This document shows positions 32,217 to 41,478 of a stretch of 64,000 nucleotides of DNA, in pieces. Each line of letters opens with the position of its first letter. The first letter of the stretch is position 1. The position numbers and the translations under genes are program-made. The DNA lies in the NCBI GenBank assembly GCA_947471565.1, contig CANIVT010000001.1:407-64406 (forward strand). The letters are read 5' to 3'. The notes beneath the pieces are model-generated. The model ran no database searches. It was given only the letters and a program-made list of their open reading frames with translations, and was not told the DNA's origin. This DNA is from Spartobacteria bacterium (GTDB lineage: Bacteria; Verrucomicrobiota; Verrucomicrobiia; Chthoniobacterales; UBA6821).

Positions 32217-33359
32217 ATGAAAACAATCACAGCAGCCCTCCTCTCAATATTGCTGATCCTCTCTTCGTACAACAATTCCTCCGCATGCACTGCCATGATG
32301 ATGAAGGATGCGAATGGGAATGCCTATCAGGCCAGGACAATGGAATGGTCAGGGGTCTTGCCCGAGGCGCTTCATTACCTTCCCGCTGGATCTCAGGTCC
32401 AGTCTGAAACCCCTGATGGCAAGCAGGGTATGACCTTCAAGACAAAGTACGGTTTCGTGGGCGTCAGCCTGAAACATATGGTCCCGAATGCGAAGCAACC
32501 CGGGATCGCTGAAGGTGCTAACGATCAGGGACTTTCTCTTTCTCTCAATGCATTTCTCGGTTCCGAAGCGCCGGCGGTTGATTCCGATCCTAGCAACGTC
32601 TTATCCATCATGGATTTTGGAGCCTGGGTGTTGGGGAACTTCCAGAACGTGGCTCAGGTCAAGCAGGTGCTGGCAAACAAGGATGTCAGCATATGGCTTC
32701 CTCCGATCGCAATCCTTGGTGGGATGAAAGCCCCATTCCATTACGCAATCTTTGATAAGACGGGCGCAGGCATCGTTGTGGAATTTGCTGAAGGCAAACT
32801 GAATGTTTATGACAATCCGGTTGGTGTGATGACCAATATCCCGGAGTTTCCATGGCACTTGAAGAATCTGAACAACTATGCCCAACTAACCAATGTTGAC
32901 CGCAACAGCGGAACCTTCGGCAGCCTGAAAGTCAGTTCTCCAGACGGCGGCAATGCACTGGCAGGAATTCCTTTCACCCAGATCTCCTCTGGACGTTTCG
33001 TGAAGGCGGCATTTTTTACTAATTACGTGAGGAAGGCCAAAACGCCCGCCGAGGCCATCCAAACCCTCTCCCATGTGATCAATAACTTTGATCGTCCTTA
33101 CGACTTGTCTGTCGATCTTCCCACCGGTGGGGTAGGTGCTGAGGGTGGCGACCCTCATGCCACGAGTTCCGAGGTGACGCTCTTCACCACGATGAACGAT
33201 CTGGCTCAAAACCAGTTCTACATCCGTCCCATCAATTCGATCAATTTCTCCAAGATCGATCTTCGTAAGTTGGCTGATGTCAGGGAGGTCAAGAAGGTCT
33301 CTTTTGACGCGCTTGCTCAGCTTAACGGTGCGGATGCCACGGAACTACTCCTAAAGTAG
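32217..33359 (+). CDS. Secreted linear amide C-N hydrolase (penicillin V acylase / choloylglycine hydrolase family)
   Basis: Signal peptide then nucleophile Cys (SSA|CT), ARTME, G.NDQGL, MTN.P.F.WH..NL.NY, S.GRFV. Confidence 0.88.
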   Translation: MKTITAALLSILLILSSYNNSSACTAMMMKDANGNAYQARTMEWSGVLPEALHYLPAGSQVQSETPDGKQGMTFKTKYGFVGVSLKHMVPNAKQPGIAEGANDQGLSLSLNAFLGSEAPAVDSDPSNVLSIMDFGAWVLGNFQNVAQVKQVLANKDVSIWLPPIAILGGMKAPFHYAIFDKTGAGIVVEFAEGKLNVYDNPVGVMTNIPEFPWHLKNLNNYAQLTNVDRNSGTFGSLKVSSPDGGNALAGIPFTQISSGRFVKAAFFTNYVRKAKTPAEAIQTLSHVINNFDRPYDLSVDLPTGGVGAEGGDPHATSSEVTLFTTMNDLAQNQFYIRPINSINFSKIDLRKLADVREVKKVSFDALAQLNGADATELLLK

Positions 33360-33366
33360 AAAAACA

Positions 33367-34245
33367 CTACGCCGTGAGGCGTTCGCAGGCGGTCACCGTA
33401 TTCGCCATCAGCATGGCGATGGTCATCGGGCCGACACCTCCGGGGACCGGAGTAATCGCCTTGCACTTGGATGCCACGGCGTCGAAGTCGACGTCGCCAA
33501 CGAGGCGGTAACCGGTTTTGGTCGTCGAATCCTCGACACGGTTGATTCCGACATCGATGACAACGGCCCCGTCCTTAATGTGCTCGGCTCCAAGGGCCTT
33601 TGGTCGACCGATTGCGGCAATGACGATGTCAGCGCGGCGCGTGACGGCGGCGAGGTCCTTTGTGCGGGAATGAGCGATGGTGACGGTGGCGTCGCCGCCT
33701 TTGCCCTTGGCCATGAGGAGGAGGGCCATCGGCTTTCCGACAATGAGGCTGCGGCCGACCACGACCACCTCGGCACCCGAGGTTTCAATGCCTGCGGCGA
33801 TGAGGAGTCTCTGACAACCGAGCGGGGTACAGGGGACGAAGGCGGTGGGATCCTCCATGGCGAGTTTCGCCACATTGACGGGGTGGAATCCGTCGACATC
33901 CTTGCGAGGATCGATCGTTAATGTAACCGCGTGCTCGTCGATGTGCTTCGGTGGCGGAGACTGCACGAGAATTCCGTGGATCTCCGGGTCGACATTGAGC
34001 TTGGTGACCAGATCGAGCAGTTCCTCCTGAGTGGTGGAGGAGGGAAGCTCGATCTTGCGCGAATGCATCCCCAAAGCCGCGCAGGTGCGGTCCTTATTGC
34101 GGACGTATGCCTGGGAGGCAGGATTTTCGCCGATCAGAACGACGGCGAGGCCGGGAGTGATCCCGCGCGCTTTGAGGGCCTCGATGCGGGCACGGGTTTC
34201 GAGTTCGACTTCGGCGGCGACCGCCTTGCCATCAATGAGCTTCAT
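33367..34245 (-). CDS. folD: Methylenetetrahydrofolate dehydrogenase/cyclohydrolase
   Basis: [37 protein letters not shown]. Confidence 0.97.
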   Translation of the reverse strand: MKLIDGKAVAAEVELETRARIEALKARGITPGLAVVLIGENPASQAYVRNKDRTCAALGMHSRKIELPSSTTQEELLDLVTKLNVDPEIHGILVQSPPPKHIDEHAVTLTIDPRKDVDGFHPVNVAKLAMEDPTAFVPCTPLGCQRLLIAAGIETSGAEVVVVGRSLIVGKPMALLLMAKGKGGDATVTIAHSRTKDLAAVTRRADIVIAAIGRPKALGAEHIKDGAVVIDVGINRVEDSTTKTGYRLVGDVDFDAVASKCKAITPVPGGVGPMTIAMLMANTVTACERLTA

Positions 34246-34292
34246 TATTTTATATTCCTTTGCTGTTTTGAGAGGGCACTGCATGGATTGTT

Positions 34293-34443
34293 TCCCGCAG
34301 AGGCGCGGAGACGCAGAGATACAGCGAATCATGCACAGGGATGAAGGGTATAGAAACCATGAAGGTCGTGTAGTTGGAGGGGTTCCTCAGGATAGGCTTT
34401 TGAATCTCTTTTTCTCTTTCCGCGTCTCTGCGCCTCTGCGGGA
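34293..34443. repeat. Nonamer-period (CGCAGAGGC-type) inverted-repeat element upstream of folD
   Basis: TCCCGCAGAGGCGCGGAGACGCAGAGA ... TTTCCGCGTCTCTGCGCCTCTGCGGGA, nearly perfect arms. Confidence 0.88.
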
Positions 34444-34450
34444 GTTCTTT

Positions 34451-35119
34451 CTATTGCTGGTGGGTATCGGCTTTCTCGGCTTCCTCGCGCAGAAGGGTTT
34501 CTAAGCGGAGGCGTTCGGCTTCCAGATCGGTCGCCTCCGGGTCGACCGTCAGGTAGGGATCCATTACAATGTCCACCCGCGAAAAAGGGAGGGGGATGGC
34601 GAAGTTGTCCCAAGTCTTGAGACGGATCGCCCGGTGATAGCGGGCATGGAGGGGCATGATCGGCACCCCCGTTTTCTGGGCCAGGAAGACGGCTCCGGGT
34701 CCGAGGGAGTATTTAGGTCCACGTGGTCCGTCCGGAGTGATGGCCAAGTCCACCCCCGACTCGAGAAGAGACGAGAGTTCACGGATAGCGGTCGATCCCC
34801 TGCGGGAGCTGGAACCACGGACCGAGCCCATGCCAAGATTGGCCATGACGCCGGCAAGAATGTCGCCATCCTTGCTCGGGCTGGTGAGGACGCTGACTCC
34901 CTTGCGACTGGGGTGCTTCGAGGGATAGTGGCGCAGAAAGCCGATGGAGATCGCCGGGATCCTGTTGTGCCAGAAGACGAGGATCCGCGGGCCGTCGGGA
35001 GGATTCGTTAGGAATCCGGAGCGGTCGTTCATCCGTAGGCGGATCGTTGCGAAGATCAGACGGGCAAGATTTGCCGCGAGGGCGGCGAAGAGGGCCTGTT
35101 TATTGAATTTCCCAGCCAT
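34451..35119 (-). CDS. DUF374 / lysophospholipid acyltransferase-family protein
   Basis: FWHNR, SPSKDG, VRGSSSRRG, ITPDGPRGP, TWD..IPLPF. Confidence 0.88.
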   Translation of the reverse strand: MAGKFNKQALFAALAANLARLIFATIRLRMNDRSGFLTNPPDGPRILVFWHNRIPAISIGFLRHYPSKHPSRKGVSVLTSPSKDGDILAGVMANLGMGSVRGSSSRRGSTAIRELSSLLESGVDLAITPDGPRGPKYSLGPGAVFLAQKTGVPIMPLHARYHRAIRLKTWDNFAIPLPFSRVDIVMDPYLTVDPEATDLEAERLRLETLLREEAEKADTHQQ

Positions 35120-35683
35120 CTATTCCGCCGGAGAGGGGTCTTCCTTCCACCGGCAGGCGTTCGGAGCGTGGATGCCGAGTTGGTCGAGAACGCGCCAGAC
35201 GACCGTGTCGGCCAGCTCGTCAAAATTCTTGGGATGACTGTAGAAGGAGGGGGAGGCAGGCAGAATGATCGCACCTGCCTCGGTGAGGGTAACCACGTTG
35301 CGGGCGTGGATGAGATTCCATGGGGTCTCGCGCGGGACGATGATGAGCTTGCGGCGTTCCTTGAGGAAGACGTCGGCGGCCCGCAGGATGAGGTTCTCGC
35401 TTGTCCCGGCAGCGATCCGTCCCATGGTGCCCATGGAACTGGGCATGATGATCATGCCGTCGAAGAGCGCGCTGCCGCTGGCAAACGGGGCATTCATCGA
35501 TTTCTCGCTATGCTCGATCACGCCGGGTGGCAGTTTCAGCTCCCCGATCTCCTCATGGATGACCTGCTTTGCATAGGGAGAGAGAACAAGGTGGATCTCA
35601 TGGCCTCCGGGTTCCAGATGATGGAGCATCCGTTGCAGATAGATGGAACCGCTGGCTCCGGTGGCAGCAAGGACGAGGCGCAT
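35120..35683 (-). CDS. ubiX: Flavin prenyltransferase
   Basis: TGASG, ASGS, RAADVFLKERR, PRETP, P.FY..P. Confidence 0.95.
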   Translation of the reverse strand: MRLVLAATGASGSIYLQRMLHHLEPGGHEIHLVLSPYAKQVIHEEIGELKLPPGVIEHSEKSMNAPFASGSALFDGMIIMPSSMGTMGRIAAGTSENLILRAADVFLKERRKLIIVPRETPWNLIHARNVVTLTEAGAIILPASPSFYSHPKNFDELADTVVWRVLDQLGIHAPNACRWKEDPSPAE

Positions 35684-35690
35684 TGGGAAA

Positions 35691-35720
35691 AGGCTAAAGG
35701 CTGAAGGTGGAAGGCTGAAG
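35691..35720. repeat. AGGCTGA heptamer tandem repeat
   Basis: AGGCTAA-AGGCTGA-AGGTGGA-AGGCTGA. Confidence 0.75.
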
Positions 35721-35723
35721 TAA

Positions 35724-37223
35724 TCAGAGAAGATTGGCCGAAGTGAGGGCGGTGCGGAGTTTGTTTGCTCGCTCAAGGAGTTCCTTATAGATCGCGGCAT
35801 TTTTCGGATCGGGAGTGCAACGGGTGGACTCATCGAGGGTGACGAGGCGGTTGCATAGCGAATGAAGCGCGGTGGTGGAGTGATCGCCACCTGCTGCCCA
35901 AGCGGCCTGGATGGCACCACCAAGCGCGGCTCCCTCGCTGGAGTTAAGGCAGACGGTCGGCACTCCGAAGACATCGGCGCAGAGTTGGCGCCAGAAGGAG
36001 CTCTTGGTTCCGCCTCCGGTGATGCGGATTTCGGTCGGATTGACGCCAAGTGCCCTGAAACGGTCGAGTCCATAGGCGAGGCCGAGAGTCACCCCTTCCA
36101 TCGCGGCGCGGGCGATATGGGCGGGGGTGAAGTTTTTGGTCGTGATGCCATGGAGGACGCCGCTTCCCCTCGGGAGGTTCGGAGTGCGTTCCCCGGCGAG
36201 GTAGGGGAGGAGCAGGAGGCCGTCGCTGCCGGCGGGTATGGAGGCAGCCTCGGTTGCGTATCGGTCATGGCTCCAGCCCGAGAAGAGCGAGCGGGTGAGT
36301 TCCGTGACGAGAGTCACGTTCATTGTGCAGGCGAGAGGCATCCAGGATCCGGTGCTGTCGCAGAAAGCCGCCACCTCTCCCCTCGGATCGACGACTGGGA
36401 AAGGGCTGAAGGCGTAGAGGGTTCCCGAGGTGCCGAGGCTCGCGGTCATGATGCCCTCGCGGACATTGCCGGTGCCGATCGCGCCCATCATGTTGTCACC
36501 GCCGCCGGAGCTGATGACCACGGTGCTGGAGAGGTTCCATTTGCCGGCTAGATCGGAGCGAAGTGTTCCGGCGGGAACTTCCGAGGAGCGGAGTTCGGGG
36601 AGTTTGGCCGCGAGTCCGGGGGCCACGGCATCGAGGACCGGCTGTGACCAGGCACGGGTCTTCACATCGAGGAGGGCGGTTCCTGAGGCGTCGCCGTATT
36701 CCATGGATTTTATACCGGTGAGCCACCAGTTGATGTAGTCGTGAGGGAGGAGAACGGAGGCGGTCTTTTCCCAGTTTTGAGACTCATTCTGGCGAACCCA
36801 GAGGATCTTTGGCGCCGTGTAGCCAGTGAGCATGGCATTGCCGGTGAATTCCACGACCTTGGCTGGCCCCCTGAGGATTTCGGTCAGTTCAGCGCATTGT
36901 GCCGTGGTGGAGGTGTCGCACCAGAGTTTGGCGGGGCGGACTACTTGATCGTTGGCATCCAGAAGGACGAGTCCGTGCTGCTGGCCGCTGACGCCGATGC
37001 CGGCGACTTCAGTACGACGATTACCGAGTTTCTGGAGAACTTCCCCGATCGTGGCCTCGACGGCGGCAATCCAGACAGCGGGATCCTGTTCCATGGCTCC
37101 CTCTCCCTGAGCCTCCACAAAGCCGTAGGCCTTCTGGGCGCTGGCAAGGATGTCGCCGGTCGCCGTGTCGAGGGCGACGGTCTTGGTGCTCTGGGTTCCA
37201 CTGTCGATTCCTAGGGTGATCAT
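35724..37223 (-). CDS. xylB: Xylulokinase (FGGY family)
   Basis: LGIDSGTQSTK, SGQQHG, LWCD, GDASGT, GGGDN, PYLAGERTP. Confidence 0.9.
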   Translation of the reverse strand: MITLGIDSGTQSTKTVALDTATGDILASAQKAYGFVEAQGEGAMEQDPAVWIAAVEATIGEVLQKLGNRRTEVAGIGVSGQQHGLVLLDANDQVVRPAKLWCDTSTTAQCAELTEILRGPAKVVEFTGNAMLTGYTAPKILWVRQNESQNWEKTASVLLPHDYINWWLTGIKSMEYGDASGTALLDVKTRAWSQPVLDAVAPGLAAKLPELRSSEVPAGTLRSDLAGKWNLSSTVVISSGGGDNMMGAIGTGNVREGIMTASLGTSGTLYAFSPFPVVDPRGEVAAFCDSTGSWMPLACTMNVTLVTELTRSLFSGWSHDRYATEAASIPAGSDGLLLLPYLAGERTPNLPRGSGVLHGITTKNFTPAHIARAAMEGVTLGLAYGLDRFRALGVNPTEIRITGGGTKSSFWRQLCADVFGVPTVCLNSSEGAALGGAIQAAWAAGGDHSTTALHSLCNRLVTLDESTRCTPDPKNAAIYKELLERANKLRTALTSANLL

Positions 37224-37239
37224 GGGAGTCATACCATAC

Positions 37240-37320
37240 AGGCTGAAGGCCTGAGACTGAAGGCTTTTAGGAAACGGAGACAAGTCCAGGTGGGGTTCCC
37301 ATTTTCAGCTTTTCAGGTGT
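37240..37320. repeat. AGGCTGA heptamer repeat with degenerate complementary arm
   Basis: AGGCTGA-AGGCCTG-AGACTGA-AGGC ... TTTCAGC-TTTTCAG. Confidence 0.6.
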
Positions 37321-37400
37321 TTCCTTCTTGCCAAGACCCTGCTGGGGGAGCATTCTTTCCGACCATTTCCGGGAGATTTTCCGGGCCAACCCTTTCTGTT

Positions 37401-37757
37401 ATGAGCATCATCGCCACCATCGAAAAAGAGCAATTCAAGACCGACCTAGTGGAGTTCCAGGTGGGTGATACCGTCTGCGTCCATACCCGCGTCATCGAGG
37501 GTGACAAGGAGCGTATCCAGAAGTACGCCGGCATCGTCATCGGTCGCAAGGGCACCGGCATCAATGCCAACTTCACCGTCCGTCGCGTCAGCTTCGGCGA
37601 GGGTGTCGAGCGTGTGTTTCCGCTTCACTCGCCCCGCATCGCCAAGCTCGAGGTCGAGAAGCGCGGAGCGGTCCGCCGTTCGAAGCTGAACTACCTCCGC
37701 GATCGTAAGGGCAAGGCCGCTGTCACGGTGAAGGACAAGGCTCAGGAGATCGCCTAA
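37401..37757 (+). CDS. rplS: 50S ribosomal protein L19
   Basis: FQVGDTV, EGDKERIQ, FTVRR, GVER.FP.HSP, VRRSKL.YLR. Confidence 0.98.
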   Translation: MSIIATIEKEQFKTDLVEFQVGDTVCVHTRVIEGDKERIQKYAGIVIGRKGTGINANFTVRRVSFGEGVERVFPLHSPRIAKLEVEKRGAVRRSKLNYLRDRKGKAAVTVKDKAQEIA

Positions 37758-37778
37758 TCATTATTTTTCATCCTCCCG

Positions 37779-38465
37779 ATGACGAACGAACGTCGCGGGA
37801 AGAGTGACAAGACTCCCAAGAAGGGCCTCCGGAAATCCGGAGGCCCTTCGCTTTTCCACGAACAGGAACTTTATGCCCGAGGGATCCGACCAGTTGCCGG
37901 GGTCGATGAGGCGGGAAGGGGACCGCTGGCCGGTCCCGTCGTAGCCGCCGCAGTAATCCTGCCCGAGGGATTCAGGTTGGACGGACTGGATGATTCCAAG
38001 AAGCTCAACCATGCCAAGCGGGAGGAGCTCTTTGAGGCCCTCGTTGGTAATGCCCAGCTTCGCTACGCCATTGCCGAGGCTAGTTCAGAGGAGATTGGTT
38101 ATCTCAATATCCTCAGGGCCACTCATCTCGCCATGAAACGAGCCCTGGTTGGTTTGAAGGAAAACGGACATCCCGTTGCCCATGCCCTTGTCGATGGTCT
38201 TCCTGCCAAGGGGCTTCCCGTGGAGCAGACAGCCCTAGTCGGGGGAGATGGCCTCAGCCTGAGCATCGCGGCTGCCAGCATCCTGGCCAAGGTGACCCGT
38301 GACCGGATCATGGAGGAACTCGATAGAGAGTTTCCGCAGTACGGATTTGCCATCCATCGCGGCTATGCCACGGCCGATCATCTGGCTATACTCAAAAAGC
38401 ATGGACCTTGCCCGCACCATCGTCTCGGTTTTGCGCCGGTTGACCAACCGGGTTTCGATTTTTGA
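37779..38465 (+). CDS. rnhB: Ribonuclease HII
   Basis: [35 protein letters not shown]. Confidence 0.97.
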   Translation: MTNERRGKSDKTPKKGLRKSGGPSLFHEQELYARGIRPVAGVDEAGRGPLAGPVVAAAVILPEGFRLDGLDDSKKLNHAKREELFEALVGNAQLRYAIAEASSEEIGYLNILRATHLAMKRALVGLKENGHPVAHALVDGLPAKGLPVEQTALVGGDGLSLSIAAASILAKVTRDRIMEELDREFPQYGFAIHRGYATADHLAILKKHGPCPHHRLGFAPVDQPGFDF

Positions 38466-38862
38466 CTGGAATCCCCCCGATTCCTCCAAAGGGCACCTCG
38501 CTCTCGGGCAATGGGGGGAGGATCTCGCCGCACGGCATTTGAAACGTCGGGGTTGGAAGATCCTGCGCAGAAATTTCCGAGCCCCCGGAGGGGGGGAGGT
38601 CGACCTCGTCTGCCGGGACGGGGATACGCTGGTCTTCGCCGAAGTGAAGACTCGCCGCTCCGAGGAGATGGGCCGCCCTCTGGATGCTGTGGACGGCAAA
38701 AAGCAGCGTCTGATCCGTCAGGGAGCCCTGTGCTGGCTTAGGCTCTTGGAAATGCCCGACATCACCTTCCGATTCGATGTGATCGAGGTGCTGGCGACAG
38801 ATCCCGTGGAGGTTCGAGTCATAGAAAGCGCGTTTACTCTCCCCAATCCCCTCCGCTACTAG
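38440..38862 (+). CDS. yraN: YraN/UPF0102 endonuclease-fold protein (start uncertain, TTG 38440)
   Basis: [28 protein letters not shown]. Confidence 0.9.
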   Translation: MTNRVSIFDWNPPDSSKGHLALGQWGEDLAARHLKRRGWKILRRNFRAPGGGEVDLVCRDGDTLVFAEVKTRRSEEMGRPLDAVDGKKQRLIRQGALCWLRLLEMPDITFRFDVIEVLATDPVEVRVIESAFTLPNPLRY

Positions 38863-38864
38863 GA

Positions 38865-38967
38865 AAGGCTCGCGATCTTGGCGGATAGCGTCGTTGGTCT
38901 GCGCTCGCAGTATAATTTATACAGCTTCGCTTGCCCGCCTAGCTCTCCATCCAAGCATACGAGCCTT
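38865..38967 (+). repeat. Structured ~100-nt repeat, copy B
   Basis: Terminal inverted repeat AAGGCTCG/CGAGCCTT with internal blocks shared with copies A, C and D. Confidence 0.75.
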
Positions 38968-39079
38968 GGCGAAACCCAGGCTGGTTCTGGGTATTGAGAC
39001 TAGTTTTGAGTCAGTTGACCTAGGGGTTTCTGCTGAAACCTTGATCAATAACGGAATGTCTCATAAACGATCGTTTTTG

Positions 39080-39423
39080 TTATAGGAGGGAAAAAGCGAG
39101 GCGACGACCGAAGATTGTTCGCTCCAGTGACTGGTTAGACCTGTTTTGCATCTGAAAGTTTAGCCTCTAAATCATCAACTCTTTTTTCAAGTTGGCTAAT
39201 CTGAGAATGAGTTGAGGAAGCAATGAAGAAGAATAACAGCGGTAAAAATGCGAAGAATGCAGTCTGAATCGATATCCCTGATTTTGGAAAGCTGCCTGTA
39301 GCCACCACGATCCCACAGAGAAATAAGGAAAAGAAGGAAGGCAGCCAGATTTGCACATATCCGATCCACTTTGGGGATTTGCTTGAGGGTGTAAAATTGA
39401 TCATAGATGTTTTTTGGTCTAAC
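39080..39423 (-). mobile_element. Integron-type gene cassette with truncated attC
   Basis: Minus strand: GTTAGAC (39423-39417), 12 nt, ATG, ORF, GTCTAAC (39140-39134, contains the stop), then CAGTC-ACTGGAGCGAAC; AT-rich. Confidence 0.6.
39135..39404 (-). CDS. Small 2-TM membrane protein with coiled-coil tail (cassette gene)
   Basis: 89 aa, two hydrophobic segments, ISQLEKRVDDLEAKL. Confidence 0.7.
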   Translation of the reverse strand: MINFTPSSKSPKWIGYVQIWLPSFFSLFLCGIVVATGSFPKSGISIQTAFFAFLPLLFFFIASSTHSQISQLEKRVDDLEAKLSDAKQV

Positions 39424-39806
39424 AGCTACTAGGGTGCAAATCAGCCGTGATTGTCTTTGTGGTTAAGAGAAACACTCTGGAAAAGGCTGCATTGGACTTG
39501 GAGATCTTCATCACCTTGCAAGCAGCTATGGAAATGGTGGAAATCTGAATCATTGCCTTCTTCCCTACCTCTCCCACCACCCAAAGGCAATCCCACTTGG
39601 GAAGAGTGCATCCAGAAAAAAGTTATATTCTGAGTTACACTGATTTCTGATCGGCTGTAGAGGCTGATTATATATGCTTCTAGGAGGCAATCGTGTAAAG
39701 GGAACACGGCTTTTGGGTAAAGCCTTGTAGATCGGCTGAAGGCCGACCCGGTAGGGCGAGTCGTGCAGGTGCACGCGAGTCAATCAAACCCTCGTTTCGC
39801 GCTTCT

Positions 39807-40433
39807 TTAGCGGCTTAACGAAAGCTTGGCCATCAGATCCGTCGTTAACGACTCGAGTTCAATCGAGACTACCTCCACGCGGCGGGTGAAGTAGTTGTAG
39901 GCAACAAGGTTCGGGACAGCGACGCCGAGGCCGACGATGGTACAGTTCAGGGCCTCGGAGATGCCGTTGGCCACCATCTGCGGATCTCCATGGTCTCCGA
40001 TATTGCCGAAAATCCCGACGAGTCCGGAGAGGGTGCCAAGCAGTCCAAGGAGAGGGGAAATGCCGGTCGTGATCTCGAGGAAGACGAGTCCCGATTCGAG
40101 GCGTGAGATCTCGTGGCGGGCTCGGGTCTGCACGGCGTCGAGGATCTCGGCGCGGGTCCAGTTACGGTGTTGGAGGACATTATCCAAAACGCGAGAGAGG
40201 GGAGATGGCTCCGCACGCAGGATGCGCTCGAGGGTCTCGGTGCTGCCTCCCTTGAAGGCCTGCAGGGCACGGATCACCTCCATGGGGAGTGCACGGTCCA
40301 TCTTGATCACCCGGGCGCGCTGGAGGATGACCGCGAGCGAGAAGACCGAGAGAAGAAGCAGGACGAACATGAAGAATCCGCCCTGGACGAAAAATTTGAT
40401 GAATCCTGGAAGAGTGGCGAGCAAGAGGGGCAT
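39807..40433 (-). CDS. MotA/TolQ/ExbB proton-channel protein
   Basis: SPLLGLLGTLSG, GISEAL..T..GL.VAVP. Confidence 0.92.
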   Translation of the reverse strand: MPLLLATLPGFIKFFVQGGFFMFVLLLLSVFSLAVILQRARVIKMDRALPMEVIRALQAFKGGSTETLERILRAEPSPLSRVLDNVLQHRNWTRAEILDAVQTRARHEISRLESGLVFLEITTGISPLLGLLGTLSGLVGIFGNIGDHGDPQMVANGISEALNCTIVGLGVAVPNLVAYNYFTRRVEVVSIELESLTTDLMAKLSLSR

Positions 40434-40437
40434 GGTT

Positions 40438-41478
40438 TCAGTAGATGGTGAAGCTATAGTCGATCTCGAGGCAGCCGTTCTGGATCGTGGGGACGACGTC
40501 GGGCGGGATCGGGGGTAGCTTGGCGTCCATGATTGAGCGGAGGCTGCAATCCGTCAAAGACTCATTGCCGTTGCTGTGGACGACTCTCAGGGCCGTGACC
40601 TTGCCGGAGGCTGTCACCTTGAAGGTCACGTCGACGGTACCAATGCTCAGCAGGCCCATGCGTTCGTCGACGTAGTAATACCAGCGTGAGCCGATGGCGT
40701 CGGCGACGGCCTTCTTATAACGACCGATCGGGGTGGCCTCGGCGGCCACGGAGGAGCGGCCACGGTTGGAGATGTTGCCCCTGATGACGGTCTGGTGTGT
40801 TTCGGGTTGGTATCCCTTGGTGGCTCCTACGGAGCCGGGGGTCGAGGGCGCGGAGGGATTGGAGGGTGAAGCTTGGGACTGTTTAGCGGGCTGGCGGGGC
40901 GCGGTATCTGGCGGTTGGAGGAGCTTGAGGTTATTTGGAGGGGGGGTGGAGGTGGGTGTCGGAGCAGGGGTGGGGGTGGCCGTTTTCTCCGGCTGCTTTT
41001 GGGCCGGTTTCTGGGGTGAGGGAGGGGTTGCGGGCGATGCCTGCTGGGGCGGGGCCGGGTTGCCCGCTTGGGTTGCCGGTTTTTCCCCCGCTGTGTGTTT
41101 CTGGTTCTGAAGTTCCAAGGCAGGAAGGGAGACCCCCTGCTGGGTTGGAAGTGGAAGATTGCCTTCCGGGGGTAGCTCGCTCGCTGCTTTGGAATTCTGA
41201 TCCGACTGGAAGGGAGCGTTTTCGGAAGGTTTGTCGGTCACCTCAGTGGCCGTGACGGTGGGACGGTCGTTGGGCGATGGGGGAGGGATGACCAGCGTCA
41301 CCTCCGGTGGTGGAGGTGCTTTCTCGGTGTGGACAAAGTTACGGGCAAAGACAACAGCCAGCAGAATGATCAGCGTGGCGTGGATGACGCAGGAGAGTAG
41401 CAGGTAGAAAGGAAAGCGCTTCCGCCGCTTTTCCGTCTTCTCCCTTCGCGTGTCCGTGCTTGTGAGTTCCGTCATCAT
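40438..41478 (-). CDS. TonB/TolA-like energy transducer
   Basis: N-terminal TM with SCVIH (SxxxH), Pro-rich linker, C-terminal TonB_2-like domain. Confidence 0.8.
   Translation of the reverse strand: MMTELTSTDTRREKTEKRRKRFPFYLLLSCVIHATLIILLAVVFARNFVHTEKAPPPPEVTLVIPPPSPNDRPTVTATEVTDKPSENAPFQSDQNSKAASELPPEGNLPLPTQQGVSLPALELQNQKHTAGEKPATQAGNPAPPQQASPATPPSPQKPAQKQPEKTATPTPAPTPTSTPPPNNLKLLQPPDTAPRQPAKQSQASPSNPSAPSTPGSVGATKGYQPETHQTVIRGNISNRGRSSVAAEATPIGRYKKAVADAIGSRWYYYVDERMGLLSIGTVDVTFKVTASGKVTALRVVHSNGNESLTDCSLRSIMDAKLPPIPPDVVPTIQNGCLEIDYSFTIY

Noticed and set aside
39441-39783. Short ORFs of 60-88 aa in the AT-rich interval
   Set aside because: Mutually overlapping, weak starts and no motifs; not supportable as genes
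40930-41100. G-run-rich low-complexity stretch
   Set aside because: Reverse complement of the Pro/Thr-rich TonB-like linker; coding in origin
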